DNA of 64,000 nucleotides from NCBI GenBank assembly GCA_026016225.1, contig CP061210.1, forward strand, positions 2,000 through 65,999, read 5' to 3'. Source of the stretch: Candidatus Nealsonbacteria bacterium. GTDB lineage: Bacteria > Patescibacteriota > Minisyncoccia > Minisyncoccales > JANBVM01. A program made the translations under genes and the position numbers. Within the stretch, counting starts at the first letter, position 1, and each line of letters begins with the position of its first letter. The notes beneath the pieces are model-generated. The model worked only from the letters and a program-made list of their open reading frames with translations. It made no database searches and was not told where the DNA came from. Below are positions 51,574 through 60,990 of this stretch, piece after piece.

Positions 51574-52986
51574 TTAAGGAGACACCTCTTTCCACTCAGG
51601 TAGGCCAGCTTCAACTCCAAGCTGATAAGAAACAGTATTTGTTCTATTAGCAGTATCTTGAATTTGTAAGGCAACCGTGCCTGAATTTCCATCAACCGCT
51701 GTAAAAGTAGATGATGCGTTCTGAGAAGAACTGGTAGGAGGTTCACCGTCTTCAAAAGTCCAACTCCAGCTAACAATTGGGCTTCCTCCGTCAGAAGGGG
51801 AAGAGCCATCTTTAAAATAAACCATTTCTCCCTCAGAAACCCCGAAACCTTCACAAGGAATCCAGGGTCCCACATCTTTTAAAGAACACTCAAAATCAGC
51901 AATAGCATCTAGTAAGATAGTAAAGTTTTTTGTAGTTGAATCCCAGCCTCCGACACTGTCTCTGACGTAAACCTCAACCGTAGAAGAGGTTGTAGTACTA
52001 AGGCCTGAGGGAGTAAAATCACATTTATAACCACAAGAGTCGTCAGGGTCAACTCCCCAATCATAAATATCCCATTCTGTTTTAATAATATCACCGTCTC
52101 CCTCCGGGTCAGTAGATTCATTAACGAATTTAAATGGACATCCTGTATAACCTGTACATTGGCCTAAAGGAAGACCGCACCCGGTCGGGTTGCAGGAAAT
52201 ACCGGCGGTAGGAGGATTGTTAATTTCAATAGTATAGGTATATGAATTATCAGGGCCTTCAGAACGATTATCAGCTGAATCCCAATTAGCGACGGTTAAG
52301 ACTGTAGTAATCGTAAAGGTGAAAGGAGAAGTGTATTTGGGGGAGGAGGGACTTGGAGGATTGCCGTCTGTAGTGTATCTAAGCGTTGCTCCCTCTTCTC
52401 CAGAAGAACAACTAACATCAACTGAGTTAATATAAGTGCCTGTTCCGGGAGAACAAGTAGGTTTTGGAGGTCTAATCATATCTTTAGTTACCTTAATTGG
52501 CGCGAATCCTGACTCTGTTTCTGTTATCTCATTTTCTGCATTATCAAGAACATGAAGACCATACCACCAGATGCCATCTGAAGGTGAATCATCAGCAGAG
52601 CTTGACCAGGAATCAGAACCTTCAGGAGCGGGATGGGTACTGACTAAACTCCATGTGCCGGGTACACCAGCATTATCAGGAGCGCGCCAGACTTCTACTT
52701 TCCAAAGATGAGAACCGCCCGTATCAGAAACTGTCCAGGAAATGGTAGTCTCATCCGGACCAGCAATATTAAGCAGGGTAGGAGAAACATCAAAAGCATC
52801 AATAGAGGGGAAATCGCTATCTATAAAATAAACTGTAACTTTAGTGTAATCTGTGTTTAATGCAGCCTCAACTATAACACTCCCTATTAAAACTGATGTA
52901 AGAAAAACCATCAAAGTCTGAACAATCTTCCAGCATTGTCTATGTTTATAAAAGGCTTTTTTCAATTTTCTTTTTAAGTTCTTCAT
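51574..52986 (-). CDS. Exported Ig/Fn3-associated and PKD-domain protein; candidate pilus-tip adhesin
   Basis: TM/signal, TLRYTTDGNPP motif, two PKD-like domains (VSWSWTFEDG); directly upstream of the minor pilins. Confidence 0.72.
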   Translation of the reverse strand: MKNLKRKLKKAFYKHRQCWKIVQTLMVFLTSVLIGSVIVEAALNTDYTKVTVYFIDSDFPSIDAFDVSPTLLNIAGPDETTISWTVSDTGGSHLWKVEVWRAPDNAGVPGTWSLVSTHPAPEGSDSWSSSADDSPSDGIWWYGLHVLDNAENEITETESGFAPIKVTKDMIRPPKPTCSPGTGTYINSVDVSCSSGEEGATLRYTTDGNPPSPSSPKYTSPFTFTITTVLTVANWDSADNRSEGPDNSYTYTIEINNPPTAGISCNPTGCGLPLGQCTGYTGCPFKFVNESTDPEGDGDIIKTEWDIYDWGVDPDDSCGYKCDFTPSGLSTTTSSTVEVYVRDSVGGWDSTTKNFTILLDAIADFECSLKDVGPWIPCEGFGVSEGEMVYFKDGSSPSDGGSPIVSWSWTFEDGEPPTSSSQNASSTFTAVDGNSGTVALQIQDTANRTNTVSYQLGVEAGLPEWKEVSP

Positions 52987-53033
52987 TTTTAATTACGAAG
53001 TAATTACAGAGAGCGAAGCGACCGGTTTGCTTA
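52987..53033 (-). repeat. 47-bp REP-like element
   Basis: Reverse complement is TAAGCAAACCGGTCGCTTCGCTCTCTGTAATTACTTCGTAATTAAAA; abuts ATG 52986. Confidence 0.85.
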
Positions 53034-53066
53034 AATTTTAGATATACGATGTCCAAAATTCCCAGC

Positions 53067-54878
53067 TTACCACAGGCATACACATAGACGCCAATAGAAG
53101 CCCCCGGGCCCTGCACTGCAATCCTGGTTATATGAACTTCCTCTATAGCGGCAGCGATTCGCATCTCCCAAAGCATTCGCCCACATAGGAGAGACAATAC
53201 CATTACCAGGAGTACTACTAGGGTCACAGCCAGCAGATGTGTCAAAAAGGTTTTTACAAACGGTGCAGCTACTATTATCATCCCATTGTTTATCTATACA
53301 TCCACCATAACTAGAGCAAACATCACCACAACCGTAGCCACCTACGTCATTTCTATCCCTATGCCAGCAAGCATTGCCTCCTTGTCCGGCGCAGCCGCTG
53401 CAGCCGTCGCTATATAGATAGCCATTACAAGTACGGCAAGTACCACTAACACATCTTTTAGCACTACCTGCACAATCGTAGTTATTAGCTCCCCAATTAG
53501 TAGTCTTATAAACATTACATAACCCAGAACCATTACATGTTTTACAAGTAAAACTACAACCCTTAGATGTAGTCTGACTGCACGAAGTTCCAACCTTGTA
53601 TTCTGTTGTATTAACAACATAACCTGCTGATGCGTTCCATACACCAGCGAGTTGCATACCATAAGGTAGTGAAAGATTACCAATACAAGATGAACCACCA
53701 GAAGTACAACCCCTGTACCATTTTTCAGCTGAACAATCCCTCTCTGCGCATTGTATAGTTATATCACAATATAGGCTTGAGCTTGGATTAATTTCACCCC
53801 CACCACTACAAACCCTGCCTGCTGTTGATAGGTAAGACCAGCTATCTCCAACATCTTCAGAACAAGTATGAGCAGAACTGCACCTGTATTTATCCCTCCC
53901 TTTTTGACAAGCCCCACTACATTTATAAAAGGCAGAATATCCACATATAGTTGTTCCGGTAGTTCCACAACTTGAAGTTAAGGTATAGCTCGCACCAGCA
54001 TAAACATTTTCTGAATAAGCATCTACATGGTCTGCAGCTGCCCTACAGCTTCCTGATCCATTACAGGAAGTCCACCATTTAGTAGCTGAACAATCTCCAT
54101 CATCACAATCCTCATCATAATTACAATAATTGGAAGAAGAAACTGCAGTTTGTTCCCCGGAATCACTACGGACATAACCTGAAGGTATATGGGTACAGCC
54201 CGGGGGGTAATAAGTACCCCTGTCAGCCACTTTATGACAGGTAGCATCACAGGCATCACCCTGTTCAAACTTCTGAACCAGATATCTGAGATGACCGCTC
54301 CCATCAATATAATTTGAAAAATTGGCAGTAGTAGTGGTATAGGTCAGAGTGCAATCGGAAGGACCTGGACAGCTATTATTTAAGCTGGAAGCAACTAACT
54401 CCCATGCAGTAGTATTGACATTATATAAATACATTCTTAAGTCATTATCTTCGAGGCTTTCAATGTTTTGTCCGGCATAACCCTCCCAGTAAAGCTCTAT
54501 TGAATTAATATCAACTGGATTTTCATTAATAGTAATTACAAAATCATGCACAACCTCTTTAAAAACCTCAGTGGTATCGCTGATGATTTCATGAACATCG
54601 TTTGCTGATTCAATGTTAGTGTAAGAAGCGAGCTCAACACCAGGCTCTGCCCAAGTGGAACGATTGACAGCCACCGGGATATCATTAGCATAACCTTTAC
54701 CATAATAACCCCATTTATTTATTCCTGCCCCTGAAGAAAAATCATAAACCTCAATCAATGAAGTTGCATACACTTTCTGGGTTAATATAACCGTACTTAC
54801 TCCAACCAAAACAAAAATTATTATTTCTATCAAAGAAACAACTATTTTTTTCTTATTAAATTTTATGTCTTTATACAT
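53067..54878 (-). CDS. Large exported cysteine-rich repeat protein
   Basis: Signal/TM, a roughly 170-aa beta-rich domain, then about 400 aa holding 42 of about 44 Cys (manual count). ATG 54878 preferred as start. Confidence 0.8.
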   Translation of the reverse strand: MYKDIKFNKKKIVVSLIEIIIFVLVGVSTVILTQKVYATSLIEVYDFSSGAGINKWGYYGKGYANDIPVAVNRSTWAEPGVELASYTNIESANDVHEIISDTTEVFKEVVHDFVITINENPVDINSIELYWEGYAGQNIESLEDNDLRMYLYNVNTTAWELVASSLNNSCPGPSDCTLTYTTTTANFSNYIDGSGHLRYLVQKFEQGDACDATCHKVADRGTYYPPGCTHIPSGYVRSDSGEQTAVSSSNYCNYDEDCDDGDCSATKWWTSCNGSGSCRAAADHVDAYSENVYAGASYTLTSSCGTTGTTICGYSAFYKCSGACQKGRDKYRCSSAHTCSEDVGDSWSYLSTAGRVCSGGGEINPSSSLYCDITIQCAERDCSAEKWYRGCTSGGSSCIGNLSLPYGMQLAGVWNASAGYVVNTTEYKVGTSCSQTTSKGCSFTCKTCNGSGLCNVYKTTNWGANNYDCAGSAKRCVSGTCRTCNGYLYSDGCSGCAGQGGNACWHRDRNDVGGYGCGDVCSSYGGCIDKQWDDNSSCTVCKNLFDTSAGCDPSSTPGNGIVSPMWANALGDANRCRYRGSSYNQDCSAGPGGFYWRLCVCLW

Positions 54879-54891
54879 AACTATGCTTCTC

Positions 54892-54946
54892 CGCAATTAA
54901 GAGGAAACCAGTCGCTTCGCTCCTTGTAATTGCTTCGCAATTAAGA
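54892..54946 (+). repeat. 47-bp REP-like element with duplicated 3' end
   Basis: CGCAATTAAGA-GGAAACCAGTCGCTTCGCTCCTTGTAATTGCTTCGCAATTAAGA. Confidence 0.85.
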
Positions 54947-55018
54947 AAGAGTTATTAGTCTATTTTACCATATTTAGAATTTCAAAAAAATAGAGAGGAC
55001 CGAACAACTGAAGGCAAA

Positions 55019-55498
55019 CTATTGAATATTCATTTGAATACCTAACATTCTCGTCATCTTTATACTGGTAAATGTATCCTCACTTAAAATATTACTATTA
55101 GACTCTTTAATTGCTATAACTACCGGCGCTCCTATCTCAAAATCCTCTATCGTTGCCGGAGTCTCTTTTTTGGTTTCGGGCTTGTAAAAAACAAATTCTG
55201 TTTCTTTGTCTGTCAGCACCGTTACTTCCTTAGTAAAAGAAAGCTCATCCAGAAAAATTTTATTAATATCTACTTCTATCTTGAATTTTCCTTCTGGCGG
55301 ATTTATTTCTACACTTGTTATAATTCCTTCAATTAAATATCTCGGATATGTTGGGTCTAATTGGTAGCTTGTTTCTGACGGAGTTTCGGTTTGAGTCTCT
55401 GGTTTTATATAACGATAATATACAAAAAGAGCACAGCCGATTAAAACAACAATTACAATAATTGAAACTAAAACCATCCACGAGCTTTTTATTTCCAT
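55019..55498 (-). CDS. Membrane-anchored hypothetical protein, beta-rich
   Basis: Single N-terminal TM; 159 aa; in the operon direction. Confidence 0.7.
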   Translation of the reverse strand: MEIKSSWMVLVSIIVIVVLIGCALFVYYRYIKPETQTETPSETSYQLDPTYPRYLIEGIITSVEINPPEGKFKIEVDINKIFLDELSFTKEVTVLTDKETEFVFYKPETKKETPATIEDFEIGAPVVIAIKESNSNILSEDTFTSIKMTRMLGIQMNIQ

Positions 55499-55550
55499 AC
55501 TTTTTAAATCTTTTATCTATATTTTAGAGATGAACTTTGTCTTCTTTATT

Positions 55551-56708
55551 TTATAATTTGTAGGTTAAAAAATCAATAAAAGAACTCTGGGTTACAATAG
55601 AAATAACGACCGATAAAAGCATAAAAGGAGCAAAAGAGAACGTCTTGTAGGTTTTTACCTTTAATTGAGGTTTTTGAATAAATAAATCCTTGATGGTTTT
55701 AACCTGGTTTTCGTTTAATCCAGCAGCATCTATCTCTCCAAAGTTATTTTCCATTTTCTTCTCTTTAAGCATTTGTAATATTAAAGGTAATTCATTCTTA
55801 GAAATCACTGCTCCCTTTTTAAGTTCTCTAACTTTTATTTTTTTAACTTCTTTCTCTTCTATATAAAAATTTAAAAATTGACGAAATAAGGTGATTAAAA
55901 CCATAAAAATCAAGGTTTGTTTCAAGATAGACTTCAATATTTCAATTTTACCAAAAAAAAGCAAATAGGAACAGTATATTAGTACCGTTCCGTTGATAAA
56001 ATAACCAATCCATTTTTTCTTTTCTCTAACTTTAGAAAGATAACCCAAAATAAGAAGCAAAAAGAGAAAAAGAAAAAGAGGGTTAAATAAAAATCTCCCT
56101 CCCGGAATATTTTTTTTAAAAGAACTTATCCCTTGAAGAAAAATGAATATAAGAACATAACTTAAAAATAGTGGAAAGAACTTTTTACCCAGATTTTTTA
56201 ATTTAGGGAATAATTTTTTAATATCTAATTTTCCAATATTCTTTAATCGAGCTCTATGGTTATACGTTTCCTTTATTCCTTTAAAAAAAGCAGTAGCCGT
56301 TAAAACTAAAAGTAGGGGAACAAAAAGGTTAATTAGAAGATTAAAAGAGGGAAAGTACGACAAATAACTTTTTGAATAAAACTTTAAAGGCAGCAAGAAA
56401 GAACAAAGAGCAAAAAACTTCGCGTCTCCGGCAGACCACAGTTTTAAATGCCATAGAAGATATCCTACTAAAAAAGCGAGCAGGGCGTTTATACCTACTT
56501 TTATTAAATATTGAATATTTGATATTTGGAAAAGGAAAAAGAAATTATAGAAAAAAAGAAAAATATAAAACAAAATCCCGCAAAAAAATCCTGTAGCAAT
56601 CCATTTATTGAAAATCTTTCCATATCTAATATCGGTATAAGAACAAATTCCTCCAATAATAAAAAGAGGAGCTAAAAGGGCAAAATCAAAGAAAAGTGAT
56701 GTAAACAT
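55551..56708 (-). CDS. A24 prepilin/class III signal peptidase, archaeal FlaK/EppA-like architecture
   Basis: Two catalytic Asp motifs (SYTDIRY, WSAGDAK), many TMs, C-terminal soluble domain and FAPFML; no PilD zinc/methyltransferase domain. Confidence 0.78.
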   Translation of the reverse strand: MFTSLFFDFALLAPLFIIGGICSYTDIRYGKIFNKWIATGFFCGILFYIFLFFYNFFFLFQISNIQYLIKVGINALLAFLVGYLLWHLKLWSAGDAKFFALCSFLLPLKFYSKSYLSYFPSFNLLINLFVPLLLVLTATAFFKGIKETYNHRARLKNIGKLDIKKLFPKLKNLGKKFFPLFLSYVLIFIFLQGISSFKKNIPGGRFLFNPLFLFLFLLLILGYLSKVREKKKWIGYFINGTVLIYCSYLLFFGKIEILKSILKQTLIFMVLITLFRQFLNFYIEEKEVKKIKVRELKKGAVISKNELPLILQMLKEKKMENNFGEIDAAGLNENQVKTIKDLFIQKPQLKVKTYKTFSFAPFMLLSVVISIVTQSSFIDFLTYKL

Positions 56709-56710
56709 AA

Positions 56711-57634
56711 TTACAAAATATCTACAATTGGATGACAGATATTATTGCCAATCTTAAACTTTAAATCTGTCTTAACGGGCTTAAATTCTCTATTTCCAAT
56801 AATTTCCAGATAATCCTTATGAATCCCACAGCAATATTTTTTATAAAGACAACTATCACAATTAGGTAAATAAGTTACCTCGTCTCTTCTCTGGGTTATC
56901 CAGGTATATTTCCATAATTCAGGCGTAAGCGTGCATAAAGGAAAATGATAAAGACGTAACTCATTAAATTTATCATTCCACTCTTTTACTATAGAACTGA
57001 CTTTTTCTTTTACCTGGGTATAAGTAATGCCTATTATTTTATAGTTCTTTCCGCACACCCCTTCTGGTTCCGGGAAAATTATAATTACCCTATTCACTGA
57101 AGGAAAATCATTAAAAATTAAATTAAGAATCTCTCCTACTAATTTATAATTTTGCTTAATGAAAATTATTCGGAGCTCTAACTCTTGAAATCTTTTTCTG
57201 TATTTTAAAATATTATGAATACCCTTTATTGTTTGTTCAAAACTACCTTTAGTCCTCGTAATGGCGTCGTGGAGTTGATTATTATGGCCTAAAATAGCTA
57301 TTTCAACAGCAAGGTTATCTATTTTAAGAAAACTTTTTACAAACCGTGGATAACTAAACATTCTTCCATTGGTTGCTAAAACTAGTCTATTCTTGGGGAA
57401 ATTTCTTCTAAACCAATAACACAATTCTAAAAAACGCGGATGAGTAGTTGGCTCACCGCCCGTAAAATTAATGTTTTCTTGACTCTTACTCCAAAGATTG
57501 AGATTGCGTCGAGCTCTCACAGTTATTCTTTTAAAAGAATAATCTTCTGAAATCTCCTTACTCTGAAAATCAACCGGATTAGTGCACATTATGCAATTAT
57601 TATTGCATCTATTCCAAATACAAATATCGGGCAT
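56711..57634 (-). CDS. Radical SAM protein, HxsC-like
   Basis: CNNNCIMC, TGGEPT, TNGR, HDAIT, FPLC and CDSCLYKKYCCG. Confidence 0.85.
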   Translation of the reverse strand: MPDICIWNRCNNNCIMCTNPVDFQSKEISEDYSFKRITVRARRNLNLWSKSQENINFTGGEPTTHPRFLELCYWFRRNFPKNRLVLATNGRMFSYPRFVKSFLKIDNLAVEIAILGHNNQLHDAITRTKGSFEQTIKGIHNILKYRKRFQELELRIIFIKQNYKLVGEILNLIFNDFPSVNRVIIIFPEPEGVCGKNYKIIGITYTQVKEKVSSIVKEWNDKFNELRLYHFPLCTLTPELWKYTWITQRRDEVTYLPNCDSCLYKKYCCGIHKDYLEIIGNREFKPVKTDLKFKIGNNICHPIVDIL

Positions 57635-57637
57635 ATT

Positions 57638-57841
57638 CTAAGAAATGTCAAAATGAACATTATCACTATTTTTCCATTCTGCAATTTTAGCTTCAGCTAC
57701 CCTGTAATATTTTGCTTCTTTTAATAATTCTTTCTGAGCTTTCTTTTTAGCTTCTTCCATAGAAGATGCAGACACCCAACCCAGTACCTCATAATGTTCC
57801 TGGCTCCTATAAGTTACGATATATTCTTTTTTTTGTTTCAT
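57638..57841 (-). CDS. Small hypothetical protein (67 aa)
   Basis: Ends 3 bp before the radical SAM start; upstream AGGTCG motif and TGGTATTAT. Confidence 0.7.
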   Translation of the reverse strand: MKQKKEYIVTYRSQEHYEVLGWVSASSMEEAKKKAQKELLKEAKYYRVAEAKIAEWKNSDNVHFDIS

Positions 57842-57962
57842 TATAAATCTCGCTAATTTAAATTTTTACTAATCGACCTATGATTTTTTACACTATATAA
57901 TACCATTAACTGCACAATCCATAAACCTGGCTACCACACTCTTTTCTTATCCTTAAGTTCTT

Positions 57963-59363
57963 TTATAACCCCCTCTTAAATGAGCTAATTAAATACAATA
58001 ATCCTTCACGAATATCCATTTTCAGTTCATACAAACTTTTTAAACTAAAGATTCTTTTAATAATATAAGAAGGACGTAAATAAAATCTTCTTATGGCTTT
58101 ATTCCTTAATTCCCACAACTTTTTTCGGGAAAGTTCTTCTGTCTCTATAGCCGGATAGGTACGAGAGGAATCACTACACTTTAAAGTATTATCAATAAGC
58201 CATCCTTTTGAAATTGCATTTTTTCGCAAATCTGTTCCTATACGAGGAGCGGCTATGTTAAAAGTGACGAAATCACAATTTAATTCTACCGCAAACTTTA
58301 AGGTATTTAAAATTGCCTCTTCGTCCTCACCTGGTAATCCAAGAATAAAATGGGCCATAGTTCTAATACCTAATTTTTGACAAAGAGAAAACATTTTTCT
58401 CACCTGATTCAATGTAAATTGCTTATTATAACAATCTAATGTTCCTTGGTTTCCACTTTCTACTCCAAGTTGAATAATATGGCAGCCACTTTTCTTCATA
58501 ATTTCTAACAGCTCCTCATCTAAAACGTCTACCCGACTAGAACAAGACCAGCTAAAATTAAAATTATTAAGGAGCATCTTGCGACATATATCTAAAGCTT
58601 GATTTCTGTTAGCACCAAAAGTGTTATCTCTAAAGCGAACCTCTTTTATTCCTAAAGAATAAATATATTTTAATTCCTCAATAACATTGTCAGCATCCCG
58701 CCATTTAAATTCTAAACTATTGTAAATACAAAAGCGACAATGATAAGGACAATGTAAGCTGGCGACTACAGTGGCAAAGGGAAAATGCCGAGCAATAGGA
58801 AAATCATACTTAGCCATAGGAAATAAATCTAAACGAGGTAGAGGAAGCGAAAAGATTTTATTTTTTTTCGTTATTTTTTTCGGAATAACAATTTGCTCTC
58901 TGTCTCTATAAATTATATTTTTAAAAAGACCTTTCCCTGCTGACAAGAATTTTAATATTTCTGAATCTGTAAAATCTAAAATTAGGGCATCTAAAAATTT
59001 ATTTTCTCTCAGTATTTTCTCGCCCTGAAAAAGAAATAAATCACCTGTTCCGATTAATTTAATTTGTTTTACCCGCTTAATCTTCTTTAGAAATTCCTTA
59101 TCCTTTTCCCAGGAAACTGCCCCAGAAAGAAAAATAATTGTGTCTATATCCATTGAGGATATTTTTTTGCAACATTCATCAAATTTAATTCTATCAGCGA
59201 TAGCATCAATTACCTTTATTTGATAATCAGAAGAAAGAATACCACTAAGTACGGTAAGGTCTACAGGATGCCAGACAAAATCTCCTTCGGAGATAAAACT
59301 ACAATAATAATCTCTTAAATAAATTTCATCGCCAGGTAAATTTAAAAGCAGTATTTTTTTCAT
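57963..59363 (-). CDS. B12-binding-domain radical SAM protein
   Basis: N-terminal Rossmann-like domain, CPYHCRFC, FRDNTF, GVESG and FILGLPGE. Confidence 0.88.
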   Translation of the reverse strand: MKKILLLNLPGDEIYLRDYYCSFISEGDFVWHPVDLTVLSGILSSDYQIKVIDAIADRIKFDECCKKISSMDIDTIIFLSGAVSWEKDKEFLKKIKRVKQIKLIGTGDLFLFQGEKILRENKFLDALILDFTDSEILKFLSAGKGLFKNIIYRDREQIVIPKKITKKNKIFSLPLPRLDLFPMAKYDFPIARHFPFATVVASLHCPYHCRFCIYNSLEFKWRDADNVIEELKYIYSLGIKEVRFRDNTFGANRNQALDICRKMLLNNFNFSWSCSSRVDVLDEELLEIMKKSGCHIIQLGVESGNQGTLDCYNKQFTLNQVRKMFSLCQKLGIRTMAHFILGLPGEDEEAILNTLKFAVELNCDFVTFNIAAPRIGTDLRKNAISKGWLIDNTLKCSDSSRTYPAIETEELSRKKLWELRNKAIRRFYLRPSYIIKRIFSLKSLYELKMDIREGLLYLISSFKRGL

Positions 59364-60034
59364 AATTTCTTCTTAAACAGAAATATCAGATTTTTAATAC
59401 CGTCTAAAAACATATTCAATTTTGACTCCCCTCCTATTCTTTTACGGTAAGAGCCTAAAATTTCTTTAGCTTTAAATTTTTGAAAGGCTTCAATTTTAAT
59501 TTCTTCTGAAAAAGACATCCCATCAGATACTAAGTTCAACCCATCCAAAATATTTTTCCTGAATATCCACATTCCACTTTGCGAATCTTTTAAGCGTAAT
59601 TTGAATAACAGATTGGTAAAAAGGGTTAAGAATATATTACCTATTAGATTTAATTTATTTATTGCTTTTTTCCCTAAGCAACTAAACCTATTAACAGAAA
59701 TAAAATCAAGATTTTCTTTTTCTAAAATCTCTAACAATTTTGGAATTTTCTCTGCAGGATAAGTTCCATCACCATCCATTGTGATAATAACTTCGCCTTT
59801 TGCTTTTTTAAATCCAGCCTTGTATTGTCTACCATAGCCTCTTTCCGCAATTATTACTTTAGCGCCGGCTTCCCGGGCTATCTTTATTGTTTTATCCTTA
59901 CTCCCGCCATCAACAACAATAATTTTCACTTTATGAATCTTATCTTTTAACAAAAAGGATAGGTCTCCCAGTGTTTTTTGAATTCCTTTCTCCTCATTAA
60001 GAGTTGGTATAATTATATCAATATACATTATCAA
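59360..60034 (-). CDS. GT2 glycosyltransferase (polyprenol-phosphate glycosyltransferase-like)
   Basis: IIPTLNEE, VDGGSKD, MDGDGTY and DSQSGM. Confidence 0.92.
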   Translation of the reverse strand: MIMYIDIIIPTLNEEKGIQKTLGDLSFLLKDKIHKVKIIVVDGGSKDKTIKIAREAGAKVIIAERGYGRQYKAGFKKAKGEVIITMDGDGTYPAEKIPKLLEILEKENLDFISVNRFSCLGKKAINKLNLIGNIFLTLFTNLLFKLRLKDSQSGMWIFRKNILDGLNLVSDGMSFSEEIKIEAFQKFKAKEILGSYRKRIGGESKLNMFLDGIKNLIFLFKKKL

Positions 60035-60086
60035 ATTACGAAAACATTAACGATATTAAAAGAAGAAGGTATTAAGAAAATCTATT

Positions 60087-60974
60087 TTAATAAGGTTGTT
60101 TAATAATTGGTTTTATTTCGCTAGTATCATAAATTTGACAATATTCTTTTCTAATTCCCTTACAGGTTGGATGGTAAAAACATTCTTCACAGTTAGGGAA
60201 TATAAACTGAGACTTCAGAATTTCAGGAGAAGTAAACAACTTATTTCCTATAGAGAGATTCACTCTCTCGGGATTAGCAGGAGGAGCAAGAGAATCTTTA
60301 AATTCTTCTCCTAATACACATAGTGGAATTTCATTTATTCTTATATTTAGACTAGGGTTTTCTTTTATTATTTCTCGAATGGTTGGCACGGCTTCCTTAT
60401 ATTGAGGAACAAATTCTTTATATCTATCCATGACGTTTCTTCCATCTATAAATCTATATTGAATTTTCACTACCCCTATACCCTTTAACAGTTTGACTAA
60501 TTCCTTCAAATAAGGAAGGTTCATCTTCATAACCACCGTGTTAATTGTCAAATCCTGTTTATTTCTTACTAAATTTTTAATCCCCTTCACTACTTGATAA
60601 AAACCATCTGACCTGCAATATGTTCTGTAAAGACCTGGGTTGGAAAAGTGTAAAGAAACAAGGAAAGATATGAATTGAAATTCCTTTAGCTTTTTAACCA
60701 GCGTTTCATAAGATAGCATCCTGCCGTTTGTCTGGATCTCTATTGCCTTAATTCCCTTTTGTTTGGCAAAAGCCAATAAATCAAAAAGGTGCTTTGAGAT
60801 TAGAGGTTCTCCCCCAGATATAATTAATTTTTTACATCCAACATTTGCGCTGTCAACTATCTGTCTTTTTAAATCCTCTACTGGAAACTCTTTATAATAA
60901 CGCTTTTCTTTGTTAAGACAAAAAATGCAGGAATTATTACAAGCATAACCAACTTTTATATCAAGCTCTTTCAT
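60087..60974 (-). CDS. Radical SAM protein, HxsC-like
   Basis: CNNSCIFC, SGGEP, QTNGR, IPLC and CEECFYHPTCKG. ATG 60974 avoids overlap with the upstream gene. Confidence 0.87.
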   Translation of the reverse strand: MKELDIKVGYACNNSCIFCLNKEKRYYKEFPVEDLKRQIVDSANVGCKKLIISGGEPLISKHLFDLLAFAKQKGIKAIEIQTNGRMLSYETLVKKLKEFQFISFLVSLHFSNPGLYRTYCRSDGFYQVVKGIKNLVRNKQDLTINTVVMKMNLPYLKELVKLLKGIGVVKIQYRFIDGRNVMDRYKEFVPQYKEAVPTIREIIKENPSLNIRINEIPLCVLGEEFKDSLAPPANPERVNLSIGNKLFTSPEILKSQFIFPNCEECFYHPTCKGIRKEYCQIYDTSEIKPIIKQPY

Positions 60975-60990
60975 ACATATAAAAAGTTCA

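Noticed and set aside
53067..53420. Possible DGR variable region at the end of the Cys-rich gene
   Set aside because: No template repeat with adenine-specific mismatches and no reverse transcriptase in the window; a remote DGR cannot be excluded.
53342..54307. Alternate-frame ORFs within the Cys-rich gene, and other short nested ORFs in groEL, rpoB, rpoC, rnj and ligA
   Set aside because: Fully nested in well-supported genes, with no motifs or start signals.
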